DNA of 62,619 nucleotides, filler included, from Basidiobolus meristosporus CBS 931.73 (taxonomy: Eukaryota; Fungi; Basidiobolomycota), in NCBI GenBank assembly GCA_002104905.1. It is 3 parts of 3 records of this genome, joined end to end, with 100 filler letters (N's around TTAATTAATTAA, not from the genome) between each part and the next. Parts side by side here need not be neighbours in the genome. Positions count along the whole stretch, not along the records: positions 1 to 19,506 come from MCFE01001030.1; 2 more parts are not named here. One strand, 5' to 3'. Positions 1 to 13,300 of the stretch are shown in pieces. How positions within the stretch are numbered: position 1 is the first letter of the stretch; each line of letters begins with the position of its first letter. The translations under genes were made by a program, and so were the position numbers. The notes under the pieces are model-generated. The model was not told the origin of the DNA. It did not search any database and saw nothing but the letters and a program-made list of their open reading frames with translations.

Positions 1-483
1 CTTCATGGCCTCCAAGTCTGAGAAGATCCAAGGTGAATGCTATCCCAGTGCCCCATCTTCGTGATTGCATATTTCCTTAGTGGGTCGAGTTCCTAGGCTT
101 TTCTCAGCTTCACCGGGATCTGATCTAGTGAACCAAGTGGCACCATGGGGGTTGGCTACCCTACCGGAAATCAGTAAAAAGGATTAGACATCGCGGTGGC
201 CGAGATAGTTGGATCCCTTTGGGTGACGGGAGCCAACCAAAGAGTTTGGGCGGTTTTGATGGCTATGCTGTAATGGGTTGGAGGGGGGGGGGAGGAAGTT
301 ACAAATCTAGATACCTGCCCACATGCGTCCAAAAGCAAGGTAAAGATTCTTGTGGAGATCCCACCCTAATGAGATTTTCATAGATGACCTTCACACATGT
401 TTACCACTTGAGGCTTAGAGGTTTAAGGTGATAACTCTATCAAAGTATGGGCCAGGTATTTGAACTATATTAATGGCTGGTAT

Positions 484-554
484 TGTTGTATATCTTATAC
501 TTACACCCAAATCATCCATTAGCTCAGTCACTTGGATCAAAGTCTATGAATCTT
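484..554 (+). mobile_element. 5' fragment of a diverged copia LTR, interrupted by the LTR at 560
   Basis: Starts TGTTGTA and continues CACCCAAATCATCCATTAGCTCAGTCACTTGGATCA, resembling the LTR start at 17276 (CACCTAAATATTCACCTAACTTAGTCACTTAGATCA). Confidence 0.45.
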
Positions 555-559
555 AGTAT

Positions 560-908
560 TGTTGTAAGAGTCTTGGAGATATTGGAAGTGATTGGGAGGA
601 CAAGTAGATTATGTGGTTTTCACTTAATGATTTATTTGAATGTAAAAGTAGTATTTATACTTTTACATGGTCTGGGCATAACAGTCGCATAAAATAGGTT
701 AAGGAAGGTCCCAAGAACATGTGTGCAAAGTTTGGGACTGTTTGGACAACTTTGAGTATTTTCATGTTCTGGGTACCTGGCATTTTGGTGAAAATATTCC
801 AAGTAAATCCCAACAAGGAATTTGGCAGTATTCTCTAGGATTTGAAGGTAATGATCTAAATGACTAAGTTAGGTGATTATTTAGGTGGAATTACAAACTT
901 TTACAACA
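560..908 (-). mobile_element. Ty1/copia 3' LTR (family A, ~350 bp)
   Basis: TGTTGTAA...TTACAACA terminal inverted ends. The polypurine tract TGAGTGGGAG lies immediately upstream on the minus strand (909-918), after the RNase H end. The same sequence recurs at 9610, 17276, 28320, 34093 and 50565. Confidence 0.93.
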
Positions 909-919
909 CTCCCACTCAG

Positions 920-2500
920 CTAAATGTTCAAACTGACTAGTCCTAATTTTGACCTAAGATATTCAAACTTGTCTCTAGCTAATGGTTTGGTAAATATGTC
1001 TGCAACCATTTCATCTGAAGGACAGTAAACTAAGCTAACTAAGTTATTCTCTATAGCTTCACATATGCAATGATGTCTAATATCTATGTGCTTGGTTCTA
1101 GCATGAAAAGTTGGATTTCTACCTAATTGTATACATCCTTGATTATCTTGAAATAAAGTAATAGGCATTTTTTGACATAGGCCTAAATCTGTAAAAAGCT
1201 TTCTTAACCACATTACTTCTTTTGTAGCTTCACAGGCTGCCATGTACTCTGCCTCTGTGGTAGAAAGTGCTATGGTTGGTTGCTTTCTTGAATTCCATGA
1301 AATTGCTCCTTTACAGTAAAGAAAGGTGTATCCTGTGGTGGATCTTCTGTCTTCTAAATTTTGTCACCAATCAGCATCAGAGTATCTCACAAGATCCTGT
1401 TCTGAATTCTTATAAGTGCATCTTAAGCAGATATCAGCAGTTCCTTTTAGGTATCTAAAAATCCACTTGACTGCTGCAATACATTCAGATACATAGTTCT
1501 GATTATGTTGGCTGACAGCTCCTACTGAATATGAGATATCTGGATGTGTTCCAAGCATGATAAATATCAGACTGCTGACCATAGATTGATAAGGAAAGTC
1601 AGGGCTTTCAGATGGCACCAAGCTCTCTTGATTTAGTTGAGTTTTGACCAAGCTAAGGTTTGTCTCTATTGGGGTAGCTGCCAGTTTACAGTCTTCCATT
1701 TGGTACTTCTTTAGTATATCTTGAATATACTTGGATTGGCTTAGGGTGATAGTCTGGGTACTTTTGTCTATAGAGAGCTTAATCCCTAAGTAGTAACTGA
1801 GTTCTCCTGGATTGGACATCTTGAACTCCTTAGATAGGCTGGTTTTAGTGTCTTCTAATATTTCTAGGTTATTGGCAGCTATAATAAGATCATCCACATA
1901 TAGAGCTAATAGAACAGGATTTGCTCTATCTGGATTATAGTATGTACTATAGTCAGCATTACTCCTTTGAAACTCAAAGATTCCAAATAAGAATCTATGT
2001 TGCAATTCCAGGCTCTTGGTAATTGTTTATGACCATATAGAGACTTTTTAAGCTTGCAGACCAAATGGGGGTTATCTTGGTCAACAAACCCATTAGACTG
2101 GTCCATATACATGTCCTCATCAAGTTCTCCATTCACAAATGCAGTTTTTACATCCATTTGATGAATAAAAAACTTATATTTGGCTGCAATAGCCAATATT
2201 AATCTGATGGAATTAAACTTGGCTACCAGTGCAAAGGTCTCAGTATAGTCAAGTCCTTCTGTTTGAGAGTATCCATTGGCCACAAGTCTTGCTTTGTATC
2301 TTTCAATTGTGCCATCATCCTTGTATTTTGTCTTGAAGACCCATCTGCATCCAATTGATTTTTGGTTGATTGGTAATTTGACTAAGTCCCAAGTTTGATT
2401 TTCCATCAGGGCCTGATATTCCTCAGTCATTACAGATCTCAAAACTTTGTCTGAGGGCTATTTAGGGCCTCTTTTACAGTCTGGGGTTCATCAACATGGA
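920..2500 (-). pseudogene. Ty1/copia reverse transcriptase-RNase H, frameshifted
   Basis: Motifs WVFKTK, RYKARLVA, HQMDVKTAF, LYVDDLII, YSDADW, RTKHIDIRHH and ADIFTKPL are spread over three frames. Confidence 0.95.
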
Positions 2501-3174
2501 CTGAATAGGCATAGATTAAGTTTGTACCCTCATTGATATAGTAATTTGGGCTATTTCTTGTCCAATTGGATCTCTGTGCATTTGATACTGGTATTTACTT
2601 TTTCTACCTCCCCTTGTGCAACTCATATATTCCACTGAAGAATCACCTTTCTTTATTTGCTTACCCACTACTACCTTGTGAATTCCACATATAGTTTGAA
2701 TCAAAAAAAACTATGGCCTCCTGCTTACTGACCTCTACAAACACTCACACCTGCCGCAATTGACATACTTCTATCACCTCAACTTTATGGCTTTTTAGTG
2801 TGATACTTGCAAAGTTGCCATATACCTTTTACTGCTGGTAACATATACATCTTGCAAACATATGCTTGGTTGTCACCACTTCTTCCATGAATACCTCCTG
2901 AATATCCGCAAAGAACTTTTTAGTATTTAGCCAATATATTCCTTCTCCCTGCTGGATTCTAGTCCCCTGTATAGGTGTGCTCTGGCTTTTGTTTGTGTGA
3001 ATTCTGTATTGAATGGTGTGGAAGTTGGTTTGTGACCACAATAAATCCAGTATATCTTGGTGGAGTTTTCCTGATAAAAATTAGTTGCTTGTTGCACCCA
3101 ACCCAACTTTGCATTACTTAACTGATTACCCATACATTGGGGCTGCTTAGCTGCTTAATGCCATAGGCATAGGT

Positions 3175-3278
3175 TGTTGTAAGAGTCTTGGAGATATTAG
3201 ATGTGATTTGGAGGACAAGTAGATTATGTGGTTTTCACTTAATGATTTATTGAATGTAAAAGTAGTATTTATACTTTA
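3175..3278 (-). mobile_element. Truncated copia family A LTR
   Basis: TGTTGTAAGAGTCTTGGAGATATT...ATTTATACTTT matches the first ~105 nt of 560-908, then breaks into CACTA sequence. Confidence 0.85.
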
Positions 3279-3280
3279 AC

Positions 3281-4715
3281 ATTTGTATTGTTGCATGTGT
3301 GTATGAGTATTCATTGGAGCCTGTGAGAAGTACTTATAGTAGAGGATACTCTGTAATATCTTGCCAATTCTTTCAAATTTCTCTGGTACCTTGAAGGGCT
3401 CATTTAGCTTGAAATGCCCCATGTGCAACTTGGTCATCAGTATAGGGATATTGTTGAAAAGCAAATGCATTGCTCCCAGTGGAAAGCTTTTGCTCCAACA
3501 GATACCCTCTATCCTAAGTATCTCTGATTTCTAATTGATTCCATATTCCAGCCAATGGCGTATAGCTTGCCAGCTTTGCTGCAATTGCATGCATACTTCT
3601 GTACATTCTCTCTGTGGAAAGAAGATGTTCTTAGTGCTGGTGTTTGGGTAATATTAATGTGTGCAAGTTATAGAGTAAATCCCCTGGATCTTACACATTT
3701 GACAGCAATATCATCCATTGTGCCCAGAAAAACCTACTATCTTGCTGATGGCTGGGGTATCTCTAATGCAGAAAATAATATGCGCTTTTATATGATAGCC
3801 ATTTAATGTTATCCTGCTGGAAAGCATACAAAACTCATCCAGCAATGGATACAGGTAGCTCTCCAGGTTAGATGGTGATTTTAGCCCAGATACCAGTGAG
3901 ACTACCATCAGATTATTGCTCTGATACAGTAAGATGGGCGGCAGATTCAGATTGATGAGAATCAGTGGCTAGCAGGATTTGCTGATAGAGTACTTGTTTA
4001 ATGAGAATCCATCAAGTGCTAAAGCAAAGGCATGGTCATACATACCTTCAAAGTAGCCCTTGCTTCTTAGCTGTTTGTAATGTTTGCCATCAAATATATT
4101 GGATATGTTTGTGCTTGATTGATACTGAGTGTGGTACTGTATAGCTTTGCAATATTTGTTGGACTGCATCAGCTTCCTCAGACAGGGTATGACCGGAATA
4201 TATCCAGAGTGTGAACAATGTTTTCCCTCAATGGTGGTGGATTCCTGACAATTTGAACATGTTGCAATGGTAGTATTTTTGGATGTGAATGCCCTGCAAC
4301 TGCTAACACATGCTGGAATCAGGACAGTCTCTGGATCATATGTTGCCAGCCACATGACAATTGTCCACTTGTACCATGTACATGGTAAGCTGCATCCTGG
4401 TATGATTTTTGCATGAAGTAGTAATAAATCCTCAATGCCACCATTACTGATATTAGTGGAAATGCACCACTTCTCTAGCCACAATATTACATCATTCACC
4501 AGTAGATGGATTACTGGGCTCACTTGGCTCCATAAAGTATCCTTGGCATTTGTTTCAATGGGTGTTGTCTCATTGCATATAGGGATTTGACCAGGCTCAT
4601 ACATGATACTGCTGTTAGGGGAGATAGGCTCAAAATCCATCAGTGGACCTTCTTTGTCAGAGCTCTCACTCTGCATGCCATATTCAGAAGGCTGAGGTGA
4701 GCCTAAAGGCATCAC
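3281..4715 (-). mobile_element. CACTA/EnSpm transposase (Transposase_21/Tnp2-like) pseudogene, copy 1
   Basis: CxxC region ACVSSC...TCSNC, then IFDG, LALDGF, LINLNLPP, SYLYPLLDEF, RDTPAISKIVGFSGHNG and MHLLFNN. Stops and frameshifts are present and the termini were not identified. Confidence 0.85.
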
Positions 4716-5195
4716 AAACTCACCTCACTCATTTTGCGCAAGGTGACAAAGACAGCCAGGTGCCAGTATAGAAGTATCAACCGGCTGGCAAGATAATGTT
4801 GGTACAGTAGTGACCAATGAATGGTCAAATATGAATTGGGTGGCAAAACACTGGCTGTGATCCTTGTAGTACTTCCTATGCTGTCTGTGTGCTTCATGGC
4901 TGAAAGGCTTGCCACAATTGCCACACGGTCATTTTTCTCTTCTCTTATGATGTTGAGTCAAAGTAGTCTTGTCCATGGGGCAAACAGTTTGACCTTCAAC
5001 AATGTAATGCTATTATATCACTTTTTGGTCAATACTCATGTGAACTTAAGAAGTCTTGTATTTGAGACAATGCACCTACATGAATGTAAGATTAAATGAT
5101 GACCCACCATAGTAGGCACTATAAATAAAGTTGTGGCACCACATACACTTATATGTAACACTATTTCCCCTTTGGTTTGACTCACTTCCATATAT

Positions 5196-7183
5196 ATGCC
5201 GCCAAAAAATAAAGCAAAGTTATCTGGTTCTCAACCAAACCCCACCGCTGACAGCAATAGAAGAGCAGTTGGACAACAGCTTGCTTTGACATTCAGTGCA
5301 ACAAGCAGGCCTACATCCAAAAAAGGCCCTGTGGACAGTGTGCCCATTGAAGGTAACAATGCGGACTCCTCAGGCTCTCACTCAAGTAGGCAATTGAGAA
5401 CCTCTGTGGAGCCACAAGCTGACTGTCATGCTCAGGCAGATGAGAATTTAGCAAACGCAGTACCCTCAGTTAGAGATCAGCAAGTGGCCATGATAACATC
5501 ACCACCACCCATATTAGCAAGTATGTTGCCAGCTCATACCAAAGCATTAATGAAGCATTAGGTGCAGTAGCTGATAGGATAGATGTAATGGCCAAGAGAA
5601 ATCAGGAAATAGTCCAGAAACAGGATAAGCAGATAATATGTGTAGAGCAATCAATATCTCAGGTAGAGAAAGTAGTATCTTTGCTGCAAAGAAGGAACTC
5701 AAGTAGCTCAATGTCACAGCCAAGAATTGAGCCATTTCCCAATATAACAGTAGAGGAACACTGTTCAGTCTTTGAAGCACACCAACAGTCCCCAAAGATA
5801 AAGCCCACCAAAAAACCTATCAGCATGGGAGGGAGACAATGTGGTGTTTATACCAAAGCCTAAAAATCAAAAGACATTGAAGATCCGTGAAGCCATTGAG
5901 TGCAATAATGAAGAGTGGGCTAATATACAAGAGGCTGTCAGAAGTCAAGCATGCCATCACCTTAAGGCCAGCATATTATGGGACCATCAGGAAATCAAGG
6001 CCAAGCAGAATACACTTGACTTGTTCCATGAGCATTATCCTGGATTCAAATGGACAAACAGATTTTGGGCCAGCATTGGTATGCTAAGAAAGTATCTCAA
6101 GTATAGCAGAAACTATCAGAGGCAGAAGAACAAGGGTGCCCTGGTTAAAAACCAGCAACTTCCTCAAGAGCCCTTTACAAGCAGGGCCAAAAGCTCCAGA
6201 CAAGCATCAAAGAGATGTCAGGCAGCTGGAAGAGTGCCAATTAGGGACAAGCAGGCAGACATGGATGCACCAGCACAACATTTATCAAGGAAAAAGCATA
6301 GTACCTCTCAAGAAGCACCCAGTCAAAGTAGTAGTGAAGGGCCTGGCAGTGATAAAAACCAGCTGCTTTTACAGGAGCCTGTCACAACTACAGCTGAGAG
6401 CTCAAAACAAGCTGAAAAGAAACACCAGGTTGCCAGAAGAGTGCCAGCAAGGGACAAGCAGGCCAAAACAGATGCGTCAGAGCAAAATTTATCCAGGAGA
6501 AAATGTAGTTCTTTACAAGAAGCACTCAGACAAAGTAGCAGTGGAAGACCTGGTGGTGATAAAGGAAAAGGTAAAGGGAAATATGTCTACCCAGGCCTGA
6601 GACAGGGAGGCATGCAAAAAAATTGCAGTTCTTGCCAATTAACGCTGCAAGCCAGGAACAGACCGAATTGCATCATAGCCTAGAAGAATTACCAACAAGA
6701 AAACAGCTGTTTTCACAAGAGTTGGAAGTACAGCCAGTTGAGCTACACTCCAGCAAGGTAGATGAGTTTGCTGAAAAAGGCAATTTGCTTACCACAGCCT
6801 CCACAGCCTCCATTGTTGACAGAGTAGAGATCCCACTGACAGACAAGGCTATAATGTCAAGAGCTTGAAAGACTATCACAATGCCTTCAATGGAGTTTTG
6901 GAACATCAATAGGCACACCAAGAGGCTGCAACACTACTTCAAGAGCAGTGCTCAAGAAAACTCACTGGAATATTGCAAGGATTTATTGCAAAGACTGTCA
7001 GATGAGGAGCTAGATCTTGCAGTGCCTGCTGAGGACCAGGATATGTGGGAACCAGTGAATGAGCAGTGGCATAAACCCTTTGGGTTCCTGCCAAAATTGT
7101 GGAACCAGAGCATTACAGCAGAAATACTTATTGAGTTGTATAGGTCAATACAATTGGCAATTGAGGTACAACTGAAGTTTTAA
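5196..7183 (+). pseudogene. Degraded accessory ORF of unknown function, divergent from the CACTA transposase
   Basis: A chain of ORF pieces (5196-5561, 5588-5863, 5841-6683, 6623-6868, 6881-7183) that is CpG-depleted like the TE context. Its 3' part is homologous to 32854-33330. Confidence 0.55.
6165..6570 (+). repeat. Two degenerate ~210-bp in-frame tandem units within the accessory ORF
   Basis: AGAGTGCCAATTAGGGACAAGCAGGC...CCTGGCAGTGATAAA versus AGAGTGCCAGCAAGGGACAAGCAGGC...CCTGGTGGTGATAAA. Protein: RVPIRDKQAD versus RVPARDKQAK. Confidence 0.8.
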
Positions 7184-7525
7184 TGGAAATAAATCAATTT
7201 GTATACATGAAAAGTAAGAGAAATAGTTGAGTCTGGAAGTAAAGAGTGTGAAAAAGAGGCAACAGCCAATCAATTCACACAAACATAGGAGGCAATAGAG
7301 TGTCCAGGATCAGTAAGTAAGTGAATTGGGAGGGAACCAATCAAAAGCCACTGATGCATTGTTATGATGAAATATTTTTAATAAGTTTTTTGTGAAATCT
7401 GGGGTGCAATTATTTTTCAACAGTCTCTGGATGGTGTCTTGACAAGATCAGTACCTCTTAGTCACAAGACTTTCACTTTGTGACAGCCTTTTGACAGGAT
7501 CATCTCAATGATTTTTCATAGGGAT
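7120..7525. repeat. Dispersed repeat (family R), copy 1
   Basis: Shares TTGTATAGGTCAA, GAAATAAATC, AGCCAAT, GAACCAATCAAA and GCCTTTTGA blocks with 19607-20080, 33390-33830 and 51390-51600. Confidence 0.8.
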
Positions 7526-8890
7526 ATGCTGTACACCCAAATATTCTTAGATGTTCTGCACTTGGTCTGTAGCCATACCATGCTTCAAATGGAGCAGAAT
7601 CACAAAGTTTTCTGTTATAACTCCTATCTTTAAGGTATACAGCTGTGGCAACTGATTCCACCCAAAAAATTATAGGATAATTTTTGATCATGGATCTTAG
7701 ATCTTGCCATATCAATTATTGATCTGTTAGCATGTTGTGCTACTCCATTTTGCTGTGGGAATATGGTACAGTAGTCTCTTGCCTTATCCCATGAATTTTT
7801 CAGAAGTGGATGAAGAGTTTTGAGTTATATTCTCCACCATTGTCAGAGAGTATTTTCTTGATTTTTTCACTTGTTTCTCTCTCCACCATGGCTTTGAGCT
7901 CCATGAACTTAGACAGAGATTCTTCCTTTCTCTCCATGAAGTAGACCCACTTGTATCTTGTGTAATCATCAATAAAAGTGATTAAATACTTTATCCTACC
8001 TAAGGATAAATTTTGCATAGATCCACACAGATCTGAGTGAATTAGATCTGATTTTTTCTTAGTTTTGATTAGCCCAGTGCTCTTGAACAGTTGTCTGACT
8101 TGTTTCCCATATAAGCAGGCTTCACAGTGCTCCAAACTAGCTGGGGGATCAATTTTTACTCTGGAAACTAGCTGATCTTTGATCATTTTGCGCAAATAAT
8201 CAAAAGTGATGTGTCCAAATCTTCTGTGCCAAAGCATTGGTGTTTCTTCATTTACATTACTTGCATTGGCTTCCAGATATGATGGAACATAGGTTAACCG
8301 GTATAGATTTTGATCTCTAATACCCAAAGCAAGATGGGCATCATTCTGATCAGTGATCCTGCATACAGAATTGTCAAAGCTGAAACAGAGTCCTTCTGCT
8401 GTGGCCTTGCTTACCAATAGTAGGTTCTTGGCTATTTCTGGTACGTAGAGTACTTCTTTAAAGGTTAATGTATGGCTTCCTTCACTGCTTCTAAGGTTTA
8501 CTTGGATAGTTCCTTCTCCCACTGCATCAAGTGTTCTATTGTCATCCATGAAAACCTTTTTAATTGGAATTTCTTGATATTGAGTAAAAAGTTCATTTTG
8601 GTGTGTAAAGTGTTAAGATGCCCCAGAGTCAATATACCAGATCTGAGAATACTTGCTTTTGGTCATATTTAGTGCAGATATGAATAGTGTATCTTCAGTT
8701 GTTGCAGCATTTTAATATTCAGGCTTTTTTTGCTGATTATCTTTCTTTTTGAGACACCGTTCCAATGTGTGTCCTTTCCTTTTGCAGTAGTTGCAAAACA
8801 GGTTGCTGTTGCCTTTGTAGGGTCTTGGGTACCTCCTTTGTTGGTTATCAATACTTATTAAAGTATTTTCCTCTTCCTTCTTATTGGCTC
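7526..8890 (-). pseudogene. Ty1/copia gag C-terminus, protease and integrase (degraded paralogue of 17657-19506)
   Basis: CNYCKRKGHT zinc knuckle, WHRRFGH, HCEACLYGKQ, IHSDLCG, DNGGEY and HLRIFGC. Collinear with the intact copy at 18240-19506. Confidence 0.93.
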
Positions 8891-10317
8891 TGTGATGGTG
8901 TATAAGTCCAAAGGGCAAAATTCAGCCAACACTTCTTAAGTGTATGTGGGGGTGTTCACCAGGTGCAATAACCTCTGGCAAAAGCTGGCTAGAAGTACTG
9001 GGTCTCTTAATAATCTAATGTGAAGAGGGATAAAGCCTCAAGCTTGTCAGGGGAAAACTATTGAACTACAATCCCCAGCTTAGTTGGCATCTTAACAAAT
9101 GCTTATACTGGCTTCAACATCCTTTGAGATGACAGTATACCAAAGCTTTCAAAGTCAGAACAGCTGTAAACTCCACTAACAGGGACTTGATAAGAATGCA
9201 GCTTTGACCAATAGTTACAAAGACTGAAAAGTATCTTTGCCTGTACAAGAACAAGCTTGGGATAACAATCAAATATAATAAAATATACCTACTCTGATTA
9301 TTCCTCATAAGTAGTGCCTTCAAGGTCAGTTGGCTGTCAGCATGATTTCCAGGGAGTGTTGTCAGGTCTGAGTCAGAAAGTAGTGGTAATGGGTAGCAGT
9401 GAGCTCACTAATCAATAAGCTGGAATATTGGAAGAGGAATGATTTATTTGTAAGGGATAGCCTCACTTATATACTTTTTTGCTGCTCAAATTCTTGCTAG
9501 AAAATACTTTCCAGAAGTTTCCAGAAGGTAATAGAGAGCCAATCATGTCATTGTGTACTAAAAATAGCTCAAACTCTTGGCAGATTGCTCCATGAGACAT
9601 AGTAGTACCTGTTGTAAGAGTCTTGGAGATATTGGACATGATTTGGAGGACAAGTAGATTATGTGGTTTGCACTTAATGATTTATTGAATGTAAAAGTAG
9701 TATTTATACTTTTACATTGTCTTGGCATTACAAACACGTAGAATAGGTTAAGGAAGGTCCCAAAAGCATGTGTGCAAAGTTTGAGGCTGTTTGGACAACT
9801 TTGAGAATTTTCATGTTGTGGGTACCTGGCATTTTGGTGAAAATATTCTAAGTAAATCCCAACAAGGGATTTTGTCAGTGTTCTCTAGGATTTGAAGGTA
9901 ATGATCTAAGTAACTAAGTTGGGTTGATATTTAGGTGGCATTACAAATTCTTACAATGGTATCTAGCCAATCAGATAGTGGTAATAAGAAACCTCTATGT
10001 CATGCAGTTACCTCATATGGTAGTAGAATAGGAGGGTTATGAAACCAGGATGGTCACATGACATAGGCACTGTTGGGGCTACTTGCCTTATATGGTACCT
10101 ATCTAATCTTGGCATCTTAGCAAGGGATAGGAATAGCTTGTGTAATGTGTTAATAGTGACAAATAGTTTGACAGGTCACATAGTAACAATCATATAGACA
10201 GATAGAAAATATTGCAATTTGGGATGTTACTAATATAGGGAGGGTAATTTTTTTTAGGGAAGTGAGCATATGGGAATGAGCACATCTGCCTGGGGGTGTC
10301 ACTCTGACCCCACTACA
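8891..10317 (-). repeat. 3' LTR of G1 (contains a copia solo LTR)
   Basis: Aligns with 15352-16428 apart from the 9610-9963 insertion. TG...CA ends. Confidence 0.92.
9610..9958 (-). mobile_element. Solo copia family A LTR with 5-bp TSD
   Basis: Flanks are GTACC (9605-9609) and GTATC (9959-9963). The empty site is visible in the sister LTR at ~16070 (TAGTAGTACCAAGCC). Confidence 0.92.
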
Positions 10318-13300
10318 TCCACCCTCCTCTCAGCTTTGAACTCAGGTCAAAGCAAACTAAATGAGATGTGCAGAATTCCGTTGCTTAATTAGTTTAAGTC
10401 TGTTTCCTGCCACAGGTACTCTTAGCGGTGTTTCATCAAGTTCAGATAAGTAGTAGCTTCCATTTCCAATCACCTTGGAGATAATAAATGGGCCAGACCA
10501 CTTATTGTCAAATTTGCAGCTCCACTGTTTGTCTAAAGTGGAATCATAGAGCAAAACTGTATCTCCTTGCAGTAACAGCTTGGGTCTAAGGCTATGTGAC
10601 TTGTCAAATGGTTCCTTGTTCTAAAGTCTTGTCTCTTTGAGATTAGCGGCTGCTTTGGTAATATCAAGTTCATGGTGATCAAGCTATTTGATGTGTGTAG
10701 CTAGTAGTTCTTCTGTACTCATGGTAGTTCTCCACTCTAGCATGTTCCATGATGCTGAGTCAAGCTCAACTGGAAGAATGCAATTGAGTCCATAAAGCAA
10801 TTTGAATGGAGATAGGCTTGTGCTATGTTTTGTAGTGATCCTATCTGCCCAGAGGGCTAGGTGAAGTCATCTAGGCCACTGTAGTGTCATGTTCTTGCAG
10901 CTCTTGACTAGGGAGTTAACCAGTAGGCTATGGCCTCTTTCAACCATTCCATTGGCTTGTGGGTGATAGGTGGTGGTGAATGAAATATGAATCTTGTATT
11001 GTGAGCAGAGTTCCTGGATCAAACTTGAAGTCATTTCTCCTTGGTTAGTCACAAACTGGCTGATGCAGCCAATTCTGCATATTATATTTTCAAGATAAAT
11101 CTCCATATTGTGTGGCTTTTGTATTGGACAGAGCTCAAGCTTCTACCCATCCACTCAGATCATCTCTGGCACCAACTAGGTACTTCTTGGTTCCAGCAGT
11201 TGGCATGTGGACCAGGTCAATACAAACCTTCTGCCTTAAGCAAGGTGTGTAGGTTGGATGGAGCAGTCCCTTGTATCTTTTGGTTGACCTTCTTTGGCAA
11301 ATGTCACAAGATTCAACAAAGTGTTGGACATCATGATATATATGCTCCCAGTAATGTCAACTGGAAACACTATTGTAAGTGGCATCTCTTCCTCTATGAC
11401 AACCAGGTCTTCCTTCATGAAGGCTTGACATAATAGTCAGTTGTTCCTGGGGCTCAACTATAACTATCCTTGGTGTCTGCGCAGGCTTTACTCATATGAA
11501 GAGGAGGCCATCCTTTATGCAGAGATGGTGGGCCTTCTTCCTTAGTATTCTGAAATCACATGGGTTCATTCCTGGTGGCATCTCTAAGGTTCTCAGATAG
11601 TCTTGGATGATGTTCCATGTAGAGTTGCTGTTCTTCTTTGCATGTATTTGTCAGATTTCTGCATTAATTATGTCATCTAAGTCAGGGTCCAAATCTTCAG
11701 ATAGCTGAGGTCCCCTCCCTGATAGGGCATCAGCAACAACATTGGACTTTCCAGGGATGTGTTTAACCTCAAAGTCAGACATTGTCAGCCATGCCATCCA
11801 TCTATTGGTAGCATCATCCAGCAAGTCAGGCTTGTTGATCAAACCTTTCAATGGCTGTGCCTCTGCCTCAAGGATCAAGTGGGTCATATAAAGCTGTGAC
11901 TTGAGTTTTCTTAGCATCTTAACAACACCAAGAAGTTCTCTTTGAGTCTTGGAGTATCTTTGTTCTTTAGGTGAGAACAGGCAACTTTCATATCTTCAAG
12001 CATAGCAGTTTCCATCTTGGTCATCTTGTCCATGTAGAGCACCAGCTCCAATAGGGCTAGCATCCACTGTGAGTATTGGTGGATGAAGTGCATCCTTATA
12101 GTCCATTTGTCTTAATATAGGTGGTAACACCAATGCTTCTGTTAGGTGTAACATAGCTTCTTCTTGATCTTCACCCCAAACAAATGGGGTGTACTTCCTT
12201 TGTAGCCGGTATATAGGTTCTGCAATCTCAGAAAATCTGGGGATCCAAATCCTAAAAAACCCACAAGCAGCAACATACCCACATGCTTGGATAGGATTTG
12301 CAGTAGTTGGCCAGGTGCATATCTTCTGTGTCCTGGAGTCTCCTGGGGTCCTGTCACTTGAGTTGCATTTTTGACCCACAATAGGTATCTCAGATACACC
12401 AAAGATGCTGTTCTCTCCACTGATAGTGAGTCCAGCATCTTCCATAGCACCTAGGATAGCATCATTGTCTTGAATGTGGTCATATACAAGCTTTCAAACC
12501 CCTTGCATAACTTCTGTCACATCTTTGACTCTTGTGCCTTTGATGCCATTATCATCAGCAAAGACTGCAAGTTTCTCAGGGATGAACTGGCATAGCACAT
12601 TAGACATATATATATGAAACTGTGCAACAGAACTGGTAGCTCCTGAACTAAGTCTTGTCATACGTAAAAGTTCAATGGTGTCTGCAGGGCAAACATATCT
12701 CTTGATGTCTCATCAAGCGGAATTTAGTAATAGCCAGAATACAGGTCATATGTGGAGTAAATAGAATGACCACTGGAGCTTTCAGCAAATTCATCAATAG
12801 ATGGAGGGATGGTAGCATCTTGAATAGTTACAGCATTGGCTGGCTGCATGTCCTGGATAAATTGAAGTTTGCCATTCTTCTTCTTTGTCACAAACCACCA
12901 GTGTGCATATGGCCCATGACAGGGTTCAAGAGTTCCTGCATCAATTTTCTGCTTGAGTAGCTCATGCATGGCTTTTGTAATCCTTTGGGTAGTGGGTAGG
13001 GCTTGAATGACCACAGAATATGTGGTACTGTGTGTATTCAGATTGGTTGCTCTACTGAGGTCTTCAGTAGTCCCATCTCTTGATTGCTATAGGCAAACAC
13101 CTTATCATGATTTCTTGGAGTATATTCAAAGAGTTGAGTCTCCTTGGTTGATAGGTTTCCATCTCCAATAGTAAGTAGGTTGAGTCTCTCTGGTGTAAGC
13201 CATATATTTTGAGGGATGTGTTTTGGGGGCATGGTGTAGTTAGAGGGTCTAGATCCATCAGCCAAAGGGGAAAGTGAAGGTTTTATCTTTTGGTCAACTG

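Noticed and set aside
1-480. Window start with some CpGs and a G13 run
   Set aside because: No recognisable ORF, RNA gene or repeat match within the window.
2700-3174. Sequence between the copia linker and the LTR fragment, considered as integrase or a BED-finger remnant
   Set aside because: No frame gave a convincing motif match; left unassigned.
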